DNA of 64,000 nucleotides from an uncultured Gemmatimonadales bacterium (lineage in GTDB: Bacteria > Gemmatimonadota > Gemmatimonadetes > Longimicrobiales > Gaopeijiaceae). Shown here piece by piece: positions 60,397 through 64,000 of the stretch (the stretch's first letter is position 1; the number at the start of each line of letters is the position of its first letter). The stretch covers positions 64,001-128,000 of the forward strand of contig CAWGKG010000019.1 of NCBI GenBank assembly GCA_963823035.1, read 5' to 3'. The position numbers were made by a program, and so were the translations under genes. The notes beneath the pieces are model-generated. The model was not told the origin of the DNA, ran no database searches, and saw only the letters and a list, made by a program, of their open reading frames with translations.

Positions 60397-62799
60397 ATGA
60401 CGTCTGCACCCGATCGCCGCAGGATGCCGTTTCGACCGGGGCTCGCCTTGTCGCTCGCCATGCGCGGGCTGGTCCGCGATCCCGCTTCGAGCGTCCTGGC
60501 CGTTACGATCCTCGCGCTCGGCATCGCCCTCCCTGCGACCTTCTTCAGCTTCCTGGTCGGAGCCACCCGCCCGCTGCCGGTTCCGGACGGCGACCGGGTC
60601 GTGCGTGTCGATGTGGTGCAGCCGTCGCGGGACGGACGCTCGCTTCCGGTGACCGGCGACGATCTCGAGGCGCTGCAGGGCACGTCTTCCCTGCAGTCCC
60701 TCGGCGGCTTCCGGGTCTTCGACGCCACGCTCGTCGACCGAGACCGGGCGGCGGCACGCCTGTCGGCGGCGGCGCTCAGTCCCGAGGTCCTCCCGCTCCT
60801 GCGCGTGGGCCCCGAGATCGGCCGCGTGCCGGGCGTCGGGGAAGCGGCCGGCGCGCTCCTCCTCGGCCACGACGTCTGGGCGGAGCTGTACGACGCCGAT
60901 CCCGACGTGCTGGGGCGGACGGTGGAGGTGAACGGCACAGCGCGCGCCATCGTCGGCGTCCTTCCCGAGGGTTTCGGCTTCCCCTTCAAGCAGAGCGCGT
61001 GGGTGGTGATGGACCCCGCCACGTCCCACACGGAGCCGTTGGAGCTCGTCGGCCGGCTCGCCGACGGCGCCGGGCTGGAGGCGGCGACCGCGGAGCTCGG
61101 AGGGCGCTGGCTGCGCCGCGACGCGGAGCGCGACCCGGCAGCGATCGGGGGCGTGGTGCAGGTGGAGTCCTACACGGGGAGTCGAGGCGAAAGCGGTGAA
61201 GCGGTCGCCTTCGCCGGGCTGGTGCTGGTGGCGCTGTGCCTCCTGCTGATCGCCTGCGCGAACGTGGCGAACCTGCTGCTGGTCCGGGCAACGGAGCGCG
61301 TGCGCGCGCTCGGCATCCAGGCGGCGCTCGGCGCCGGGCGCGCTCAGATCGGAGCGCAGCTCTTCCTCGAGTCGCTGATCGTCGCGGTGGCCGGCGGCGC
61401 CGCCGGCCTCGCGGTGGCCTCGTGGACGGTGTCGCTCGTGCAGAGCAGCATGTCCACGGAGAACTTCGGCTACTACTGGATGCGCATGTCCGTCGACGGC
61501 ACGGTGCTCGCGTTCACGAGCGTGCTCGTGGTGGGCACCGCGCTGGTGGCGGGGCTCCTGCCGATCGTGCGCGTCCTGCGCGTCGACGTGCAGCGCATCC
61601 TCAAGGAGGAGGGCGCGGCCGCGTCGATCGGGGGAGGCGGTCGGTGGAGCCGCGCGTTCGTCACGGTCCAGCTCGCGCTGTCGTGCGGCGCGGTGGTCGC
61701 GGCCGCGCTCACCGGACGCTCGCTGGCGGGCACGCGCGACTTCGGCCGCGGCCTGCCCACCGAGGAGATCCTGGTGGCTTCGCTCCAGGTACCCGCGGAG
61801 GCGACGCCCGGGGCGCGCACCGCGCACCTGCGCACCCTCGAGGGCGCGCTGGCCGCGGAGCCGGGTGCACGCTCCGCCGCCCTGGCCCTCGGCGCTCCCG
61901 GCTACTTCGAGCGCTATGGGCGTGTCGAGGTGCAGGGAGAGGAGCTGGACCCGCGCGCCGCCACGACCTGGAACGCGATCTCGCCCGGCTTCGATGCGGT
62001 CGTGGGGATCGACCTCCGGGCGGGACGCGGCCTGTCCGCCGCGGACGACGACCGCGCGCCCCGCGTGGCGGTGGTGAGCGAGAGCTTCGCGCGCCGCTAC
62101 TCCCCCGACACGCCCGTGCTGGGCCGCGCCGTGCGCATCGCCGGCGCGGATTCGACCGCCTGGTTCACCGTGGTCGGCGTGATGGCGGACCTCGATCTGG
62201 GAGGTGGCCCCGAGGCCCGGAGCGACCGGGTCTATCTCCCCCTCGCGCAGGTGGACGGCGGCCCGGACCTCGCGCTCGTGCGAGCGGCGGGGAGCGCCGC
62301 CGCGCTCGCATCGGGACTGCGCGCGGTCGTGGCGGATGCGGACCCGGACGTCCCGCTGTGGAGCATCCGCACGCTCGCCGACGCGCACGCGTTCATGCTG
62401 CGCGTGCCGCGCGCCCTCGCCACCATGGCGCTCGCCGGCGGCACGGCCGGCCTCCTCGTGGCCGTGGTGGGACTGTACGGGCTGCTCGCCTTCCGCGTGC
62501 GCCAGCGCCGCCGGGAGATGGGCGTGCGCCTCGCGCTCGGTGCGGACGGCAGGCGCCTGGTCCTGAGTGTGCTCGGCCTGGCGTTCCGCCAGCTCGTGCC
62601 CGCCGTGGCCGTTGGTCTCACCCTGGCGTGGCTGTTGTCGCCGATCCTGCAGGCCATGCTCCTCGGGCAGAGTCCGCGCGGCGCCGGTACCTACCTCGCG
62701 GTGGGCGTGGGCTTCCTCGCCACGGGGATGGCGGCGGCGCTCATCCCGGCGCTCCAGGCCGGCGGCGTCGACCCGGCGCGCGTGCTCCGGGGGGAGTAG
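60397..62799 (+). CDS. MacB/FtsX-type duplicated ABC permease (ADOP-like)
   Basis: LALGIA, LLIACANVANLLLVRATER...AALGAGR, QLALS, GLYGLLAFRVRQRRREMGVRLALGA, VDPARVLRGE; GGAGG RBS. Confidence 0.9.
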   Translation: MTSAPDRRRMPFRPGLALSLAMRGLVRDPASSVLAVTILALGIALPATFFSFLVGATRPLPVPDGDRVVRVDVVQPSRDGRSLPVTGDDLEALQGTSSLQSLGGFRVFDATLVDRDRAAARLSAAALSPEVLPLLRVGPEIGRVPGVGEAAGALLLGHDVWAELYDADPDVLGRTVEVNGTARAIVGVLPEGFGFPFKQSAWVVMDPATSHTEPLELVGRLADGAGLEAATAELGGRWLRRDAERDPAAIGGVVQVESYTGSRGESGEAVAFAGLVLVALCLLLIACANVANLLLVRATERVRALGIQAALGAGRAQIGAQLFLESLIVAVAGGAAGLAVASWTVSLVQSSMSTENFGYYWMRMSVDGTVLAFTSVLVVGTALVAGLLPIVRVLRVDVQRILKEEGAAASIGGGGRWSRAFVTVQLALSCGAVVAAALTGRSLAGTRDFGRGLPTEEILVASLQVPAEATPGARTAHLRTLEGALAAEPGARSAALALGAPGYFERYGRVEVQGEELDPRAATTWNAISPGFDAVVGIDLRAGRGLSAADDDRAPRVAVVSESFARRYSPDTPVLGRAVRIAGADSTAWFTVVGVMADLDLGGGPEARSDRVYLPLAQVDGGPDLALVRAAGSAAALASGLRAVVADADPDVPLWSIRTLADAHAFMLRVPRALATMALAGGTAGLLVAVVGLYGLLAFRVRQRRREMGVRLALGADGRRLVLSVLGLAFRQLVPAVAVGLTLAWLLSPILQAMLLGQSPRGAGTYLAVGVGFLATGMAAALIPALQAGGVDPARVLRGE

Positions 62800-62904
62800 G
62801 GCGGGCGGACTCCGTCACGGATAGGGGGTGCCGGTCGTTCTTCATGGCGCATAGACAGTCCGTGGGACCTTGAACCGAAAGGAACGACGACCGTGGGATC
62901 GAAG

Positions 62905-63327
62905 ATGACGAGAAGCGCGGCGGCCCTCGTGGCCGTCCTGGCGCTGGGATGTGGGAAGGCCACCGAGCCGGACGTCGACCTCGACGCCAGCCTGGTGACG
63001 CTTCCGGCCGACGTGGTTCTGGGATATGGGGCGGAGGCGCAGGTCGAAGGCACGGCGCTGCGGGTGGCGTTCACGGGCGTACGGGAGGACTCCCGCTGCC
63101 CTGCCGGCGTGGTATGCGTCTGGCAGGGCAACGCCGCGGTGGACCTGCGCGTGACGGGGGGCGCGGCGCCCGTCACGATCGAGCTGAACACCGCCCTGCA
63201 GCCGATGGACGAGGACGTGGCCGGCGTGCGCATCACGCTCCTCGAGGTGCAGCCCGGCCCGCAAGCCGGCGTGCCCACCCCCCGGGAGGCCTACTCGGTG
63301 AGGCTCAGGATGGAGCCGATCCGGTAG
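62905..63327 (+). CDS. hypothetical lipoprotein (DSRCP motif)
   Basis: Lipobox LALGC; EDSRCPAGVVCVWQGNA. Confidence 0.8.
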   Translation: MTRSAAALVAVLALGCGKATEPDVDLDASLVTLPADVVLGYGAEAQVEGTALRVAFTGVREDSRCPAGVVCVWQGNAAVDLRVTGGAAPVTIELNTALQPMDEDVAGVRITLLEVQPGPQAGVPTPREAYSVRLRMEPIR

Positions 63328-63349
63328 GTGCGTCGCGCCTCGGCGGCGG

Positions 63350-64000
63350 TCAGCGTCCCGCGCGCCGAGGCGCGCACGACCCTCCGTTCACTGCGCATTC
63401 GGGCGCGCGCAGCGTACGCTCGAACAACTCGAAGATCCGTCGGTACTCGTCGGTCCACGAGGTGGGCTCGACGAACCCGTGGCTCTCGACCGGATAGGGC
63501 TGGAACTCCCAGTTCTCCTTCCCCAGCTCGATGAGGCGCTGCACCAGCCGAACCACGTCCGAGAAGTGCACGTTGGTGTCGACCATCCCGTGCAGGATCA
63601 GGAGGTGCTGGTCGGGGTGGAGGAACTGGGCGAAGTAGATCGGCGAGGACTTCTCGTAGGCCTCCGCGTCGTTCTGCGGCAGGTTGAGGATGTCGCTCGT
63701 GTAACCGTGGTTGTAGTGCGCCCAGTCGGTCACCGAGCGCAGCGCCGCTCCCGACCGGAAGGTCTCGCCGGCCGTGAAGAGCGCCATGAGCGTCATGAAC
63801 CCGCCGTACGAGCCGCCGTACATCCCGATGCGACCGGCGTCCACGTGCTCGTTCTCCACCAGCCAGTGCGCGCCGTCCACCTGGTCGCTCAGGTCCTTCC
63901 CGCCCATCCACCGGTAGATCGCGGTGCGCCAGTCGCGCCCGTAGCCGGCGGAGCCCCGGTAGTCGATGTCGAGCACCGTGTAGCCACTCGCGGCCAGCAG
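63350..64000 (-). CDS. S9 family prolyl oligopeptidase / dipeptidyl peptidase; partial C-terminus only
   Basis: [15 protein letters not shown] nucleophile motif, [13 protein letters not shown]. Confidence 0.92.
   Translation of the reverse strand: MLAASGYTVLDIDYRGSAGYGRDWRTAIYRWMGGKDLSDQVDGAHWLVENEHVDAGRIGMYGGSYGGFMTLMALFTAGETFRSGAALRSVTDWAHYNHGYTSDILNLPQNDAEAYEKSSPIYFAQFLHPDQHLLILHGMVDTNVHFSDVVRLVQRLIELGKENWEFQPYPVESHGFVEPTSWTDEYRRIFELFERTLRAPECAVNGGSCAPRRAGR

Overview
GC-rich bacterial DNA (about 70% GC by eye). The gene content (TIGR02999-type ECF sigma factors paired with Ser/Thr kinases, RCC1 plus Ig-like proteins, 6-bladed propeller, duplicated MacB-type permease) suggests Gemmatimonadota or a similar lineage; this is inference. 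About 30 single-base frame breaks interrupt otherwise intact genes and look like long-read indel errors. The region 4.3-29.4 kb is a cell-surface and signalling island. Two convergent ECF sigma factor / TPR-Ser/Thr-kinase modules flank an uncharacterised three-gene unit (outer-membrane beta-barrel plus two exported proteins). They are accompanied by an Omp85-type protein with a kinase-like N-terminus, a large lipoprotein, a DUF11 adhesin-like protein and an RCC1/Ig protein. A candidate ECF promoter, TGATC-N15-TCSGCTA, occurs twice with identical spacing. The rest of the window holds an AlkZ-like glycosylase, amidohydrolases, a sigma54-driven pair of small membrane proteins, a hybrid kinase, a coupled haloalkane-dehalogenase-like (Glu nucleophile)-crcB-DUF190 operon, bactofilin, exported adenosine deaminase, a vapBC pair, a fused permuted LeuD-LeuC-like aconitase, NSS/SSS/ABC transporters and a PIG-L deacetylase. 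I found no rRNA, tRNA, CRISPR array or mobile element.
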